Notes under the pieces: model-generated
What the model saw: the letters and a program-made list of their open reading frames with translations, nothing else
Database searches by the model: none
Told to the model about the DNA's origin: nothing
Shown here: positions 29,873 to 40,171 of the stretch, in pieces
Layout of the letters: every line of letters begins with the position of its first letter
How positions within the stretch are numbered: position 1 is the first letter of the stretch
Position numbers and translations under genes: made by a program
Assembly: GCA_027449585.1 (NCBI GenBank)
Contig: DAIDLJ010000002.1
Coordinates: forward strand, 1 to 58,151
Direction: 5' to 3'
DNA length: 58,151 nucleotides
Source of the DNA: Candidatus Micrarchaeota archaeon
GTDB lineage: Archaea; Micrarchaeota; Micrarchaeia; Micrarchaeales; CABMGC01

Positions 29873-31504
29873 CTACGATGCCGTCACATTTATTGAAGCT
29901 GCTGCTCCATCCTCTCCGGTCACAACTATTGTGTACCGTTGCCCGGGCTTGAATTGCACCCCAAGCCTGCCGTTGGCAAACTGCATGGTTCCGGAATATT
30001 TAAGTGCGGCAGTCTGGCCGGCAGTTAGGTTATATTCAGAGAACATGGACGCTGGCATGACTAGGCCATCATGCTCGCTGCCTGCCCGGATTATCCCTAT
30101 TGGAACTGGCAGGGACATGGTGCCATTGCTTTTTATGAAGAAGCTTACAGAATGGAACTCCAATAATCGCGTCCTGGCATAATTTGCTGACGCAATGTCA
30201 TCAATTATCCTACCAGAGTTCAAATACCCTGACAGATTGCCAGACATATCGCCATGACCCATGCTCCTGATGATGTTTCCTATGGCTGCACGGCCTTGGG
30301 AATCGTTGGTCAAATTCTCCATCAGGGCTTGCGCTGTGGCGTTGCTTAATTTCATGCTTATGATGTCGCGCACTTGGCCAGAAATTCCTTCTGGTGAGAG
30401 ATTGCTGTGGGTGAAATTCATAACGTCACCGAGGACCTGATTCTGGTATGGTTGTTTGATGTCCCTTGGCATTTTTGCTGCTCCGACGACGAGTGGTATT
30501 CTGGAGGTATTTATATTTAGCTCGTAGGTGGTGTTTCCGTATACGGTGGCCCTAAAGAGCCTTGTGCTGTAATTCGAGTTGTCCTTTACAGTTATGGACA
30601 CTACGGTCTCATTGCCAAAGACGCTTATCGACGCATTTGTTATGCTTATATTTGCCCTTGAAGCGCGCAGCGCTTTCTCATCGCCATCGCTTAGCCGGAT
30701 AAGCCCTTCCCTTGAGGCCGTTGAACTTGGATTTGAATTGTTTTTAACCACAGTCGCAGCTGTTGCGGATGGAGACATTACAAATGTTGTCTGATTTGCG
30801 CTCACCACTGCGGAGACGGTTGGAAACAGGTCGAGCAGTATGTTGTATGCGCTGGTGTTCTTGGCAGAATAGAACACGCTTACTGAGATGTTGTTGTTTG
30901 TAAGGGCGACTGGATAGGTAGTTCCATTGACAGTTATTGTCGCATTTGATATTCTCATGCTCATTCTCTTTACAATAGAGTTTGCGGGAAGATTGAAGGC
31001 GCTGAGGTTCTTACTGAAGTTTACCAGTGACAGGAGATTTACGGTTCCTGAAGTATTTATCTGCTTCCAGAAAGTGCCGCTGTTATTCGATAATAGTACC
31101 TTTAGTGAGGAGTACGACACAAAAAGTGCCTGCGTGCCGCTAGGAACGTGCGGCGGATCGGTTAGAAGAACGCTAACGTAGCCGGCGCCGTAGTTTGAGG
31201 GCAAGATATTGCTATGGAAATAGGCTACAAGAAGACCCAATGCCGCTAGCACCGCAAGACCTGCTACAAATTTGCTGATGTTTTGGGTGAATATGGCAGG
31301 GTGCTCTGGCCTTTTGAAATATTTTATGTTTTTGAAGTGTTCGTCTGTGAATTCCTCTATCCTGCCGGCTTCCCTGAGCTCCTTGAGGTGCTGACTTATG
31401 GTGGATGGCGATAGTTTTAGCGCGCGGCCTATCTCTGCTGGCGTCTTAGCGCCTTCCTTTAGAATATCGAGTATCTTTCCTTTTGTTTCGAAGGTCTTAC
31501 TCAT
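29873..31504 (-). CDS. Transmembrane regulator: ArsR-type wHTH + single TM + large extracellular domain (DUF4382-like)
   Basis: KILDILKEGAKTPAEIGRALKLSPSTISQHLKELREAGRI; TM FVAGLAVLAALGLLVAYF; VLLTDPP start of a beta-rich N-x-S/T-rich region. Confidence 0.8.
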   Translation of the reverse strand: MSKTFETKGKILDILKEGAKTPAEIGRALKLSPSTISQHLKELREAGRIEEFTDEHFKNIKYFKRPEHPAIFTQNISKFVAGLAVLAALGLLVAYFHSNILPSNYGAGYVSVLLTDPPHVPSGTQALFVSYSSLKVLLSNNSGTFWKQINTSGTVNLLSLVNFSKNLSAFNLPANSIVKRMSMRISNATITVNGTTYPVALTNNNISVSVFYSAKNTSAYNILLDLFPTVSAVVSANQTTFVMSPSATAATVVKNNSNPSSTASREGLIRLSDGDEKALRASRANISITNASISVFGNETVVSITVKDNSNYSTRLFRATVYGNTTYELNINTSRIPLVVGAAKMPRDIKQPYQNQVLGDVMNFTHSNLSPEGISGQVRDIISMKLSNATAQALMENLTNDSQGRAAIGNIIRSMGHGDMSGNLSGYLNSGRIIDDIASANYARTRLLEFHSVSFFIKSNGTMSLPVPIGIIRAGSEHDGLVMPASMFSEYNLTAGQTAALKYSGTMQFANGRLGVQFKPGQRYTIVVTGEDGAAASINVTAS

Positions 31505-31562
31505 ATGCACACCGCATTTGCCATTCTGTTGTGATGGACAAGATATTTATAGTTTGACTGGT

Positions 31563-31624
31563 CTTTCGGTTTGCTTTCGGTTTTTAAAATTGGGAGTTTG
31601 AAATGTTTTGATGCCTTTCGGTTT
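31563..31624. repeat. Three exact copies of CTTTCGGTTT (31563-31572, 31574-31583, 31615-31624) in a divergent promoter region
   Basis: Read directly from the sequence; the first two are 11 bp apart. Confidence 0.8.
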
Positions 31625-31672
31625 TTTGTTTTCCACATAGTTATTTATTTGTTTGATGTCAATCGTTTAGGT

Positions 31673-32107
31673 ATGCGCAGTAAAACTGCATTGGCATTCG
31701 GTTCTTTTGATATACTTCACCCCGGGCATATACGCTATCTTAGGGAGGCGAGCAGATATGGGCGCTTGACGGTTGTTGTTGCGCGAGATGATAGCATAAG
31801 GAAGCTAAAGGGCAGAAGCGCACTTGTGGATGAGAAGTCTAGGCTCGAAATAATTGATTCGCTAAAGTTCGTACACAAGGCGATTCTTGGGGATAAGATA
31901 CGAGGATGGAATGACATCTATAATGTGGTGCTCAGATTGCACCCGGATTTCCTGGTCTTTGGTTATGACCAGAAAGTGGACATGAGATATCTTAAGGAAT
32001 TCATTTCGCAGCATAAGCTTAGATGCAGGATAGTCAAGCTTGGCGCATACAGGGCTACAAGGTACAAAAGCTCCAAGCTAAAAAAGCTGATAAGTTCTAT
32101 TCATTGA
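31673..32107 (+). CDS. ribL: FAD synthase RibL-like cytidylyltransferase-family protein
   Basis: FGSFDILHPGH (HxGH), VVVARD, GYDQ, KSS; start at ATG 31673. Confidence 0.8.
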   Translation: MRSKTALAFGSFDILHPGHIRYLREASRYGRLTVVVARDDSIRKLKGRSALVDEKSRLEIIDSLKFVHKAILGDKIRGWNDIYNVVLRLHPDFLVFGYDQKVDMRYLKEFISQHKLRCRIVKLGAYRATRYKSSKLKKLISSIH

Positions 32108-32447
32108 AGGTCATGAAGCCGGACAGATTGTCTCCCCATACGGACCTCTTTTCCATTGCTACACCTGTTTTTGTGGCCTCGAATGTTATTATTCCGTAGC
32201 GCACCTCGCTTACCGGACCGATCCCTTCAACGGTTGTGGTGGTTGTCGTTATGGTTACCGGTACGGTCTTTGTCTCTCCGTATTTTAGAGACCCGGGCTC
32301 ATCTTTCTGGGTCTTTTGGGTATTTTCGTGATCCTTGCGCATAAGTTCCATGATTTCAAGGTTAGGCGAATCGGCTGGGCGAAGTTGCATTGACAGAAGT
32401 AGCTTGAATGCATCCTTCTCTGACCTTGGATTAGCTAATACTGCCAT
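32097..32447 (-). CDS. Hypothetical protein
   Basis: 116-aa ORF with upstream GGGG RBS-like and TATA-like elements; no recognisable motif. Confidence 0.55.
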   Translation of the reverse strand: MAVLANPRSEKDAFKLLLSMQLRPADSPNLEIMELMRKDHENTQKTQKDEPGSLKYGETKTVPVTITTTTTTVEGIGPVSEVRYGIITFEATKTGVAMEKRSVWGDNLSGFMTFNE

Positions 32448-32544
32448 TCCCCATCAAATAGTATTGTGTTTTTCTGGTATAAAAACTTTTTCTGCATATT
32501 ACGGTTGCAGCATATTTGGCACGACGCCAAGGCTTGAAACAGGA

Positions 32545-33678
32545 TTATTTCTTGGCGGTCTTTTGCAGCAGCGGATCCAGACGTTCGAAGAATGCGTCCC
32601 AGGAGTATTTTTGCTCCACCAGTTTCCTTCCCTGCTTGCCCATCTTCTCTGCGAGCTGAGTGTTTGATGCCAATAGGGCCATCTTCTCTGCCATTTCGGA
32701 TGGGGAGTTTACAAGGAATCCGGTCTTGTTGTTGAGCACGGTCTCCTTTGGACCGCCTTCATTGACCGAGATTATCGGCTTTGAGCTTGCCATTGATTCT
32801 AGGGGTATGAAGCCGTAATCCTCGTTTATGGCAGAGAACAGCACTGCCTTTGAATGCGAATAGAGATCCTTTAGCTGTCCGTCATTTACATTGGTCTTGA
32901 ATACGACGTTGAGGCCTTTGGCCATATTCTTGAGCTTCTCGAAGTACTTCTGGTGCTCTGGATCCTTTGAAAGGGTGCCTGCTATTATCAGCTTGTGCTC
33001 TTGGTCCTTGGTCTTCTTTACAAAGCTCCTAAAGGCCATGATAGCATAGTCCTGCCGCTTATTCACGACCAGACGCGAAGGATATAAGAAGTAGTTTTCG
33101 TAGCCCTTATTTGAGAAGTCTTTGTAGTCTATGCCTGGGTTTATTACAGTAGCATCGCGCCCGTAGTACTTCTTTATGCGCTCGTTTGTCGTATTGCTGT
33201 TGGTCGCTATCTCGTCTATCTTGCTTGTTATGCCTTTTGCTATCATTTTGTAGGTACCGACAAGCGCAGCGTAGACGAGCTTGTCCTTATATGACCTGTT
33301 TTGCATCCTCGTCTCATAAAGGTCATAGACCTCCCTGGGCGGCGTGTGGCAGTACCAGAGGACACGCTCATTCTTGTTTCTTATCCACTCGCTTGGTGAG
33401 ATGTGGGAATTTAGGACGTCATAATCCTCCTTTATCTTCATGTTGTAGAAGTTGTATCCGTACCTAAATCCCTGGGAGGCCCGATAGGGCAGCTTGTCCG
33501 AGAGTGGCACGTCGCGCCCGATGAGCTTTATGTCCAGGTTAGCGAACTCGGAAAATGTGGCGCTCTTATCATACTCTAGAGTGTATATACTTGCATCGTA
33601 GTGCTGAGCTACTTTCAGTATGACCCTTTCGACTCCGCCCCTTAGGTTGAGGTACGGCTGGAGGAGTATTAATTTCAT
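32545..33678 (-). CDS. GT4 family glycosyltransferase
   Basis: GGVERV, WYCHTP, KRQD, EDYGFIPLESM (ExxxxxxxE); downstream of aglB. Confidence 0.92.
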   Translation of the reverse strand: MKLILLQPYLNLRGGVERVILKVAQHYDASIYTLEYDKSATFSEFANLDIKLIGRDVPLSDKLPYRASQGFRYGYNFYNMKIKEDYDVLNSHISPSEWIRNKNERVLWYCHTPPREVYDLYETRMQNRSYKDKLVYAALVGTYKMIAKGITSKIDEIATNSNTTNERIKKYYGRDATVINPGIDYKDFSNKGYENYFLYPSRLVVNKRQDYAIMAFRSFVKKTKDQEHKLIIAGTLSKDPEHQKYFEKLKNMAKGLNVVFKTNVNDGQLKDLYSHSKAVLFSAINEDYGFIPLESMASSKPIISVNEGGPKETVLNNKTGFLVNSPSEMAEKMALLASNTQLAEKMGKQGRKLVEQKYSWDAFFERLDPLLQKTAKK

Positions 33679-33697
33679 AAGCATCAAATGGCCAAGT

Positions 33698-36600
33698 TTA
33701 GCCTGGCATCGAGTAATTGTTGGTTACGAATTTTGGCTTTGGCGTTACTGTAGGGAGCGTGCCGGTGAAGTTATTCAGCTTGAATATCATTATCTGGTGG
33801 GTTCCGTTTATGTAGTTCATCCCTGTGAAGTTGCTCGGATATGCCAGAGAATATCCCTTTCCAAGGTCGCCTAGGAAGAATCCGCGGTAGTATGTTGAGT
33901 TATAGAATAGCGATGGAGCATCAGTCACTGTGCGATTAGGTCCGTTTGGAGCGTAGAGCAGAAGGAATGAGATGAACTGCTGCCCGGATATGGTTGCCGA
34001 GCCGCCATAGAATGCGGTGCTTATTATCGCGTTTGTCTTGTTGCCTGTAGGAGAGAGTAGGTAAGTTGGCTTTCCAGATTGCAGGAAGGACGAAGGAACG
34101 CAGTAGGTCTGATTAAGCGGCGTAGCTCCTCCTAGCACAGGTATTCCCCTAACCGCGACGGTTGTGGTGTTGCCTGGGAATGTGCAGTATGTGTTTACAC
34201 TTATTGTACCATTAGATGATGGGAGCGGTATGAGAAGGTATATTGGATCATGGTTTATCTCGCATTGGGAGGTTCCAAGGGCATATGGCGAGCCCTGCTG
34301 CTTGCCCGCCGCCAGTGCGAACTGAAGGCCGGTCTGGTTTACATAAGTGCATCCAAGGAAGTCCAGTGCGCCCCATTTCGGTACGAGCTGGTCATCGAAG
34401 AGGATGTACTTTGCCTGTATGCTGTCCATATAGCTTGCAAGGACTGTGGTATTGAATCCATCAGAAGCTCCAAATATGTAGTGCGCGGCGGCCTGATAAT
34501 CTGCCGAAGGCACGGAGTTGTCTCCTCTGAGCACGGCGTTGCTGTTTCCAAACCAGTTTATCCAGTCCCCATAGTCCCACCACGAAAGTATCCTAGGGCC
34601 ATAAGGTCCGACGTTTGCCGCCATCCAGTTGGTTGCAGTTATCCAGTAACTTGGCACGGTGTTGCAGTAAAGCACAGATCCGAGCGCGTTGCCCTGATTC
34701 TGTATAGTCGCACAGTTTGGATTTGATGCTGCGGATACCAGCTGAATTATGACTGGAGCAGCTTCTATTACCAGAACAGCCACTGCGGCGATGATGAGCC
34801 CATTCTTCATCCTCTCCGACCATCCATCAGAGTAATGCATCATGACCTCGCCAAGTATTACGCAGATGGCAATTATGTAGGCCACGCCGAAGTGCGGCAT
34901 GTACTTAACTTCTATCATGCCTGCGAAGGCAAGCGGCCAGACCGCTGCAACGGCGAGGATGCTCGACTTTGAGCTTCTGGTGTATATGGATATGAATTCG
35001 AGTGCGGTAAATGCGATGAGTACTGCCCAGACTATCAGGCTTACACCACCAATGCTGTCCCCGATTATTCCAAATCCGCTTGGTCCGAAATTGAATGTGA
35101 AGAATCCGGTTGGTGCATATTCCTGTACTGTCATGAAGAGAGGCGAGCTGGGCGTGGTGTAGTGGGCGCTGAGTTCGAGGTACTTCTGGAACGGATGTCC
35201 CAGCGGGGTAAAGATTATGGCTAGAATCCCAAGTATCACAACAGCCAGCAGCCATACGGAATAGACCTGCAGGTTGAGGTCCTTTATGTATCCTTGCTGC
35301 TTTGCAATCTTAGGCACATATTCTATTACTGCAACGGCAAGAAGCGCGAGTATGGGGAACGAGACTATAACTGGCACGCCGAAGATTGCTGGTGTTACCT
35401 GGGCAAGCGTTGCGTTGTACGGGCCGTAACCGGCGTAGAAGAGGACGATGACACCGAGCATGACGATATTCATCTTGTAGAAGTCGGTGTTATCTTCTGA
35501 CTTGAAGACGTTTACGAGACCCTGGAAAAGAAGGTAGACTGAGAGCACGGCTGCTGGAACGGTAAAGTAGTGCGCACCCAAAAAGTTTGATGCGAAAGCT
35601 ATTCCTGCAAGTATTGCGTACCTCTGCTCTTTTGGATTATTGACCGCCAATATGTAGGCGGCATAGAAGAAGAATAGGGCAAATATGCCCCACGGCTCAA
35701 GCAGCTGCTCGCCGGCTATGAATGTCGTAAGAAGCACTGGCATCACTGCTGCAAGACCTGCGCCGATTATTGCAGGATACTCCCCATATTCGTGATAAAT
35801 GAACATGAATACTACAAAGACCAAAAGGGCTGCGGTTATGGGTGGGTACCAGCTGCTTACGTTTGATAGAAGAGTTGTATTTATTGTGGATGCGCTTGGG
35901 TTCGCCCCTGCAAGGTTGTACCAGTAGGCCTCTATATAGGGTATGAGCGGCTGCACCCTGTGATACGTACCATTGACAAGCGATGGCCATGCGGCGTGAT
36001 CGTAGAGCAGCTGATGCCCGTATGTGAGTATGTATTGTGTGCTTATCATGTCAAAATATGGGTCGAACTCGAAATATACGGGGGCCTGGGCTATGCTAAG
36101 CATTCTTGAAGCGAAGACAAGGATCATTATGCCAAGCAGGGCGAACCAGATCATGTTGCTCTTTGGCTTCTCCGTGATTGCCGAGGTCTTGCCGCTTGAA
36201 AGCAGATTCTTCTCCTCCATCTCGTGCTTCTCGAAGAGACGTCTCTCCTCGTCCCTGTGCGACTCTATCATCTTTTGGCGCTCCTCCTCGCCGGCGTTTC
36301 CGAGTAGGTCGAGCTCGTCCTGGTGCTCCTTTTGCAGGTTAAGCTCCTCCTCCTTGTGCATCTCTATTATGCGTATGTCTGCTCCGAGCTCGGATATGGC
36401 TGACCTGAGCGATGCTATCCTCTTTCTATAGTCCTTCTCTATCTGCTTCTTAACTGCGCTTTCGCTTCCACTAAAGAAGCTAGGCTTGAATGAGCCAAAT
36501 GCGCCTTGCTGCAACGATAGCATTATGCCTATAATTGTAAGTATAACGACGTTGACATTGTAGAGCGTATTTGAAAACGAGAATATTGGTGAAATCGGTA

Positions 36601-36775
36601 TTAGATATGATTCGAGCCAGATAAGCGTGGGTGGGAATATCATTCCGAAGATTACGCCTATGACCGCGATCTCGAACATGTGCAGTTTGGTCTTCTTCAA
36701 TAGAGCTAAGGCAAGGAAGAATCCAGGTACGACTATCGAAAGTGTGCCTATTATAAGTGGGATTATTAGAGACAT
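33698..36775 (-). CDS. aglB: Oligosaccharyltransferase AglB/STT3 with N-terminal extension
   Basis: EFDPYF, TVQE, SWWDYG motifs; many TM helices. Confidence 0.92.
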   Translation of the reverse strand: MSLIIPLIIGTLSIVVPGFFLALALLKKTKLHMFEIAVIGVIFGMIFPPTLIWLESYLIPISPIFSFSNTLYNVNVVILTIIGIMLSLQQGAFGSFKPSFFSGSESAVKKQIEKDYRKRIASLRSAISELGADIRIIEMHKEEELNLQKEHQDELDLLGNAGEEERQKMIESHRDEERRLFEKHEMEEKNLLSSGKTSAITEKPKSNMIWFALLGIMILVFASRMLSIAQAPVYFEFDPYFDMISTQYILTYGHQLLYDHAAWPSLVNGTYHRVQPLIPYIEAYWYNLAGANPSASTINTTLLSNVSSWYPPITAALLVFVVFMFIYHEYGEYPAIIGAGLAAVMPVLLTTFIAGEQLLEPWGIFALFFFYAAYILAVNNPKEQRYAILAGIAFASNFLGAHYFTVPAAVLSVYLLFQGLVNVFKSEDNTDFYKMNIVMLGVIVLFYAGYGPYNATLAQVTPAIFGVPVIVSFPILALLAVAVIEYVPKIAKQQGYIKDLNLQVYSVWLLAVVILGILAIIFTPLGHPFQKYLELSAHYTTPSSPLFMTVQEYAPTGFFTFNFGPSGFGIIGDSIGGVSLIVWAVLIAFTALEFISIYTRSSKSSILAVAAVWPLAFAGMIEVKYMPHFGVAYIIAICVILGEVMMHYSDGWSERMKNGLIIAAVAVLVIEAAPVIIQLVSAASNPNCATIQNQGNALGSVLYCNTVPSYWITATNWMAANVGPYGPRILSWWDYGDWINWFGNSNAVLRGDNSVPSADYQAAAHYIFGASDGFNTTVLASYMDSIQAKYILFDDQLVPKWGALDFLGCTYVNQTGLQFALAAGKQQGSPYALGTSQCEINHDPIYLLIPLPSSNGTISVNTYCTFPGNTTTVAVRGIPVLGGATPLNQTYCVPSSFLQSGKPTYLLSPTGNKTNAIISTAFYGGSATISGQQFISFLLLYAPNGPNRTVTDAPSLFYNSTYYRGFFLGDLGKGYSLAYPSNFTGMNYINGTHQIMIFKLNNFTGTLPTVTPKPKFVTNNYSMPG

Positions 36776-36866
36776 TAGAATCAATTACAAAAAGTAATTA
36801 ATACGTGTTGGATTATTGATTATTGAATAGTCTATAATTAATAAGGATTATTAACGTTGTGCTTTT

Positions 36867-37970
36867 ATGCGGTTTCCTGTCTCAATTGTTGGCGCTGGAA
36901 CGGCGGGTTTGATAACCGCCAGGCGTCTGGGCGAGCTTGGATTTAGCCCGAGAGTTTATGATCAGAAGAGAGTTCTTGGAGTGCCTGTTCGCGCTTCGGG
37001 AATACTTTCTCTTAGCGGCATTGCGAGGCTTGGCATAAATTATTCCGGATGCGAGACGAACAGGCTGCACGGCGCGAAGATATACGCTGGTAAGTCGGTG
37101 CTTAAAGTAAAATCAAAAGCGGCAATTGCGGTGGTGCTCGACAGGAAGAGGCTCAACGACGCATGCTATGACCAGGCGAAGGCGGCAGGCGCGGAAGTGA
37201 TAACCGAAAAGAGGCTTGCCGGGCACTCTCTTGAGGGGATGGCGGGCCGCGGCGTGTTAGTTGGAGCTGACGGGGCAGTATCCTCGGTGGCACGGCACTT
37301 TGGCTTCGGCGAGATTAGTCGGTTTGCTGTGACTTATAAGGCCGAGTACGAGGTTGAAGCTGCAGAAAGTGGCATGGTAGAGCTGTTTTTCGACAATAGG
37401 AATTATCCGGGCCTCTTTGGATGGACATGCCCCAACAGGAAGGACCTGCTCGAGGTTGGTGTGGGGCTCTACTCTGGAAACGGAAATGCGCGTGCGGCAT
37501 TTGATAAGCTGATAAAGACTGAGCAGATAGCCTCGGTTATAGGGAACAGGAGGCCAGTAAACCATGGCGCATCGATAATACCGATGCGCATGCGCAAAAG
37601 CATAGTGGATGAAAGGAGGCGTATTATGCTCGTTGGGGATGCCGCCGGGCAGGTTAAAGCGACTACTGGAGGCGGGATCATATTTGGTGGCAGCGCGGCG
37701 CTTATGGCCGCCGAGGCGATTGCCAGGAACGCGGATTCTGGTGCGCCGCTCTCTAATTATGAGAGTGAATTTAGGGGTGCGTACGGCCTTGACCTTGATA
37801 TGCATTATATGATAAATAAAGTATACTCCAGTATGGGAACTAAGAGCATGGAAAAAGTTGTGTCTGTAATGAAGACGCTTGGCTTGGACAGGTTCCTGTC
37901 GGCTTATGGAGATATGGACAGGCCATCACTTATCCTGAAGAGGTTCTTCCTTAGGGGCCTTGCCAGATGA
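36867..37970 (+). CDS. Geranylgeranyl reductase family FAD oxidoreductase
   Basis: VGAGTAG, GADG, FGWTCP, VGDAAGQVKATTGGGI. Confidence 0.88.
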   Translation: MRFPVSIVGAGTAGLITARRLGELGFSPRVYDQKRVLGVPVRASGILSLSGIARLGINYSGCETNRLHGAKIYAGKSVLKVKSKAAIAVVLDRKRLNDACYDQAKAAGAEVITEKRLAGHSLEGMAGRGVLVGADGAVSSVARHFGFGEISRFAVTYKAEYEVEAAESGMVELFFDNRNYPGLFGWTCPNRKDLLEVGVGLYSGNGNARAAFDKLIKTEQIASVIGNRRPVNHGASIIPMRMRKSIVDERRRIMLVGDAAGQVKATTGGGIIFGGSAALMAAEAIARNADSGAPLSNYESEFRGAYGLDLDMHYMINKVYSSMGTKSMEKVVSVMKTLGLDRFLSAYGDMDRPSLILKRFFLRGLAR

Positions 37971-38459
37971 TATTTCGCTAATTGCTTTCTTGCCCATCTC
38001 CTCCCTTATCCGAAGCTCCTTGTTTACCTTCTCCAGATCCTCGGGCTTGAGAACTTTTGTAAGAATGTATTTTGAATAGTCCATAGACATCTGCGATAGG
38101 CTTGTGAGCACCGCATGCAGCTGGCTTGACTTCATAACAAAGTCACCCTCTGGCCGTATCACCTCGATGCCGACCGGAGAGAAGCTGAATATGACCTGTA
38201 TGAGCGCGCCTATGTCAGTGAATAACACATCGACTATAGCGTTTGTTGAGTAGACATCCTCAAGCTTTATCGGCTCGTCTATGCTTCCTGCAGCATATAC
38301 TACTCCAGGGCTCTTTAGCAGCCTGACGTTTATCAGGTCCACCATCAATGGCTGGAGCTCCTCCTGCTTCTCGCTTTGCATATCGAAATAGAGCTTGGCG
38401 AGTATGCCGCCTTTTGATATTGTCTTCTCCGTTATCTCGCTCATTTCGCTTTTTGCCAT
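37926..38459 (-). CDS. Hypothetical protein
   Basis: Clean ORF immediately downstream of hisS with host-like codon usage; 45-nt convergent overlap with the reductase. Confidence 0.7.
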   Translation of the reverse strand: MAKSEMSEITEKTISKGGILAKLYFDMQSEKQEELQPLMVDLINVRLLKSPGVVYAAGSIDEPIKLEDVYSTNAIVDVLFTDIGALIQVIFSFSPVGIEVIRPEGDFVMKSSQLHAVLTSLSQMSMDYSKYILTKVLKPEDLEKVNKELRIREEMGKKAISEISSGKAPKEEPLQDK

Positions 38460-38464
38460 GAATA

Positions 38465-39763
38465 TCACTTCTTAAGCGCAGCTATTGCACCATCAATATC
38501 TAAAAGCTCTTCCGTTCCGTCAGACATGTTCTTTAGCTTGATCTTGCCCTCCGCCTTCTCCTTGGCGCCGATTATTGCCACGTAGGGTATGCCTGCGGCG
38601 TTGGCATACTCGAGCTGCTTGGATATGCCCTTTTCGGTGAGTCCCATATCCACATATATTCCTGCAGATCTCATCTTGCTTGCAGCCTCTATGCAGTATT
38701 CTAGGTTGAACGATCCGACCTGGGCTATGAATACCTTTGCATATGTCTTTGGTCCGTTGCCAGAATATAGTATGTCGAATACGCGGCTGATTCCTATTGA
38801 TGATCCAACAGCAGGGGTGGCTGATTTTGAGTACATGCCTATGAGGTTGTCGTACCTTCCACCGGCCGCTATTGTTGGCAGCCTTCCTTCTGCAGTCTGT
38901 ATTATAACCTCCCATACAAATCCGGTGTAGTAGTCAAGCCCGCGGGCAAGTGAGAGGTCAAGATGTATCTCGTCATGGACTCCGAAGTTCTCCAGCATGC
39001 CAAGAAGCGAGCGGACCTTGTCGACCTCGGCCTTTGAGTTTTCTATTTCTAGCTCAGCCTTCTTGAGCTTGTCCTCGTTACTGATCTGTTCCTTTATGAA
39101 TGAGAGCATGATCTGGGCCTGGTCATCCATCATGCCCATGGCCTTGAGCTGGTTTGTGGTTTCCGAGATGCCAATCTTCTCCATCTTGTCTATTATCCTC
39201 ATTGCAGGCCCGAGTTTTTCCTTTGCCACCTTGAAATGGGTGAGCACGAGCTCGAGAAGGGGCCTGCTGTTCACCAGTATCAGGCAGTTCTTCACTCCGG
39301 CAGATGACAAGGCATCCATTGTCGTGGATATGCATTCCGCATCGGCTGCCACGTCCGAGCTGCCGATTATGTCTACGTCCGCCTGCATGAATTCCCTGGA
39401 GCGGAGCCTCTGAGGCTCATCCCTTCTCCATACCTTGTCTATCTGATATCTCTTGAATGGAAATGGTATGTCCTTGTTCATCGCCATGAATCTTGCAAGT
39501 GGTACTGTAAAATCAAACCTGAGGGCCGTATCCTTGCCATCCATCAGGTACATCTCCTTGGTTGACTCTTCGCCGTAGGCCTTGGCACTGAGCGTCTCGG
39601 TGTTCTCTATTGCGGGAGTTATCAGCGGGGCAAAGCCGTGCCTCTTGAAGGCCTCCTCGATGCCATTCATGAGATACTTTAGGTGCATTGCCTCGTTAGG
39701 GCCGAAGTCCCGCGTGCCTCTTGGCACGTCGACTACAAATCCCTGTGGCGTCTTTATTGCCAT
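38465..39763 (-). CDS. hisS: Histidyl-tRNA synthetase
   Basis: PRGTRDF, LRFDFTVP, REFMQADVD, RGLDYYTG, GGRYD. Confidence 0.97.
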   Translation of the reverse strand: MAIKTPQGFVVDVPRGTRDFGPNEAMHLKYLMNGIEEAFKRHGFAPLITPAIENTETLSAKAYGEESTKEMYLMDGKDTALRFDFTVPLARFMAMNKDIPFPFKRYQIDKVWRRDEPQRLRSREFMQADVDIIGSSDVAADAECISTTMDALSSAGVKNCLILVNSRPLLELVLTHFKVAKEKLGPAMRIIDKMEKIGISETTNQLKAMGMMDDQAQIMLSFIKEQISNEDKLKKAELEIENSKAEVDKVRSLLGMLENFGVHDEIHLDLSLARGLDYYTGFVWEVIIQTAEGRLPTIAAGGRYDNLIGMYSKSATPAVGSSIGISRVFDILYSGNGPKTYAKVFIAQVGSFNLEYCIEAASKMRSAGIYVDMGLTEKGISKQLEYANAAGIPYVAIIGAKEKAEGKIKLKNMSDGTEELLDIDGAIAALKK

Positions 39764-39778
39764 CTTTATCAGCAAGAA

Positions 39779-40093
39779 TCAGAGGTTCTTGTCAAGCCAC
39801 TTCTTGAACGACTCCTTTGGAAGCGCGCCGACAGACATGGCCTTGACATCCCCGTTCTCGAAGACTAGCACGCTTGGGATGCTCATTATGTTGTACTTTG
39901 CAGCTATATCCGTATTCTCATCGGTATTAAGCTTGCCGAACTTAACTTTTGGCTCGTAGGACTTTGAGACTTCGTCTATTATTGGTGAAAAAATCCTGCA
40001 AGGTCCGCACCATTCTGCCCAAAAATCAACTACCACTGGGGTCTTTGACTTCAAAACTTCCGCCTCGAAATTCTTTGTGGTGAAATCCATCAT
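39779..40093 (-). CDS. trxA: Thioredoxin
   Basis: DFWAEWCGPC, SIP cis-Pro motif. Confidence 0.97.
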   Translation of the reverse strand: MMDFTTKNFEAEVLKSKTPVVVDFWAEWCGPCRIFSPIIDEVSKSYEPKVKFGKLNTDENTDIAAKYNIMSIPSVLVFENGDVKAMSVGALPKESFKKWLDKNL

Positions 40094-40171
40094 AAAATCA
40101 CAGATTTAGTATACCATTATTGCATCAAACAAATATAAGCCTTTGGTAGACCAAGTGGGCATCGTGTAGTA

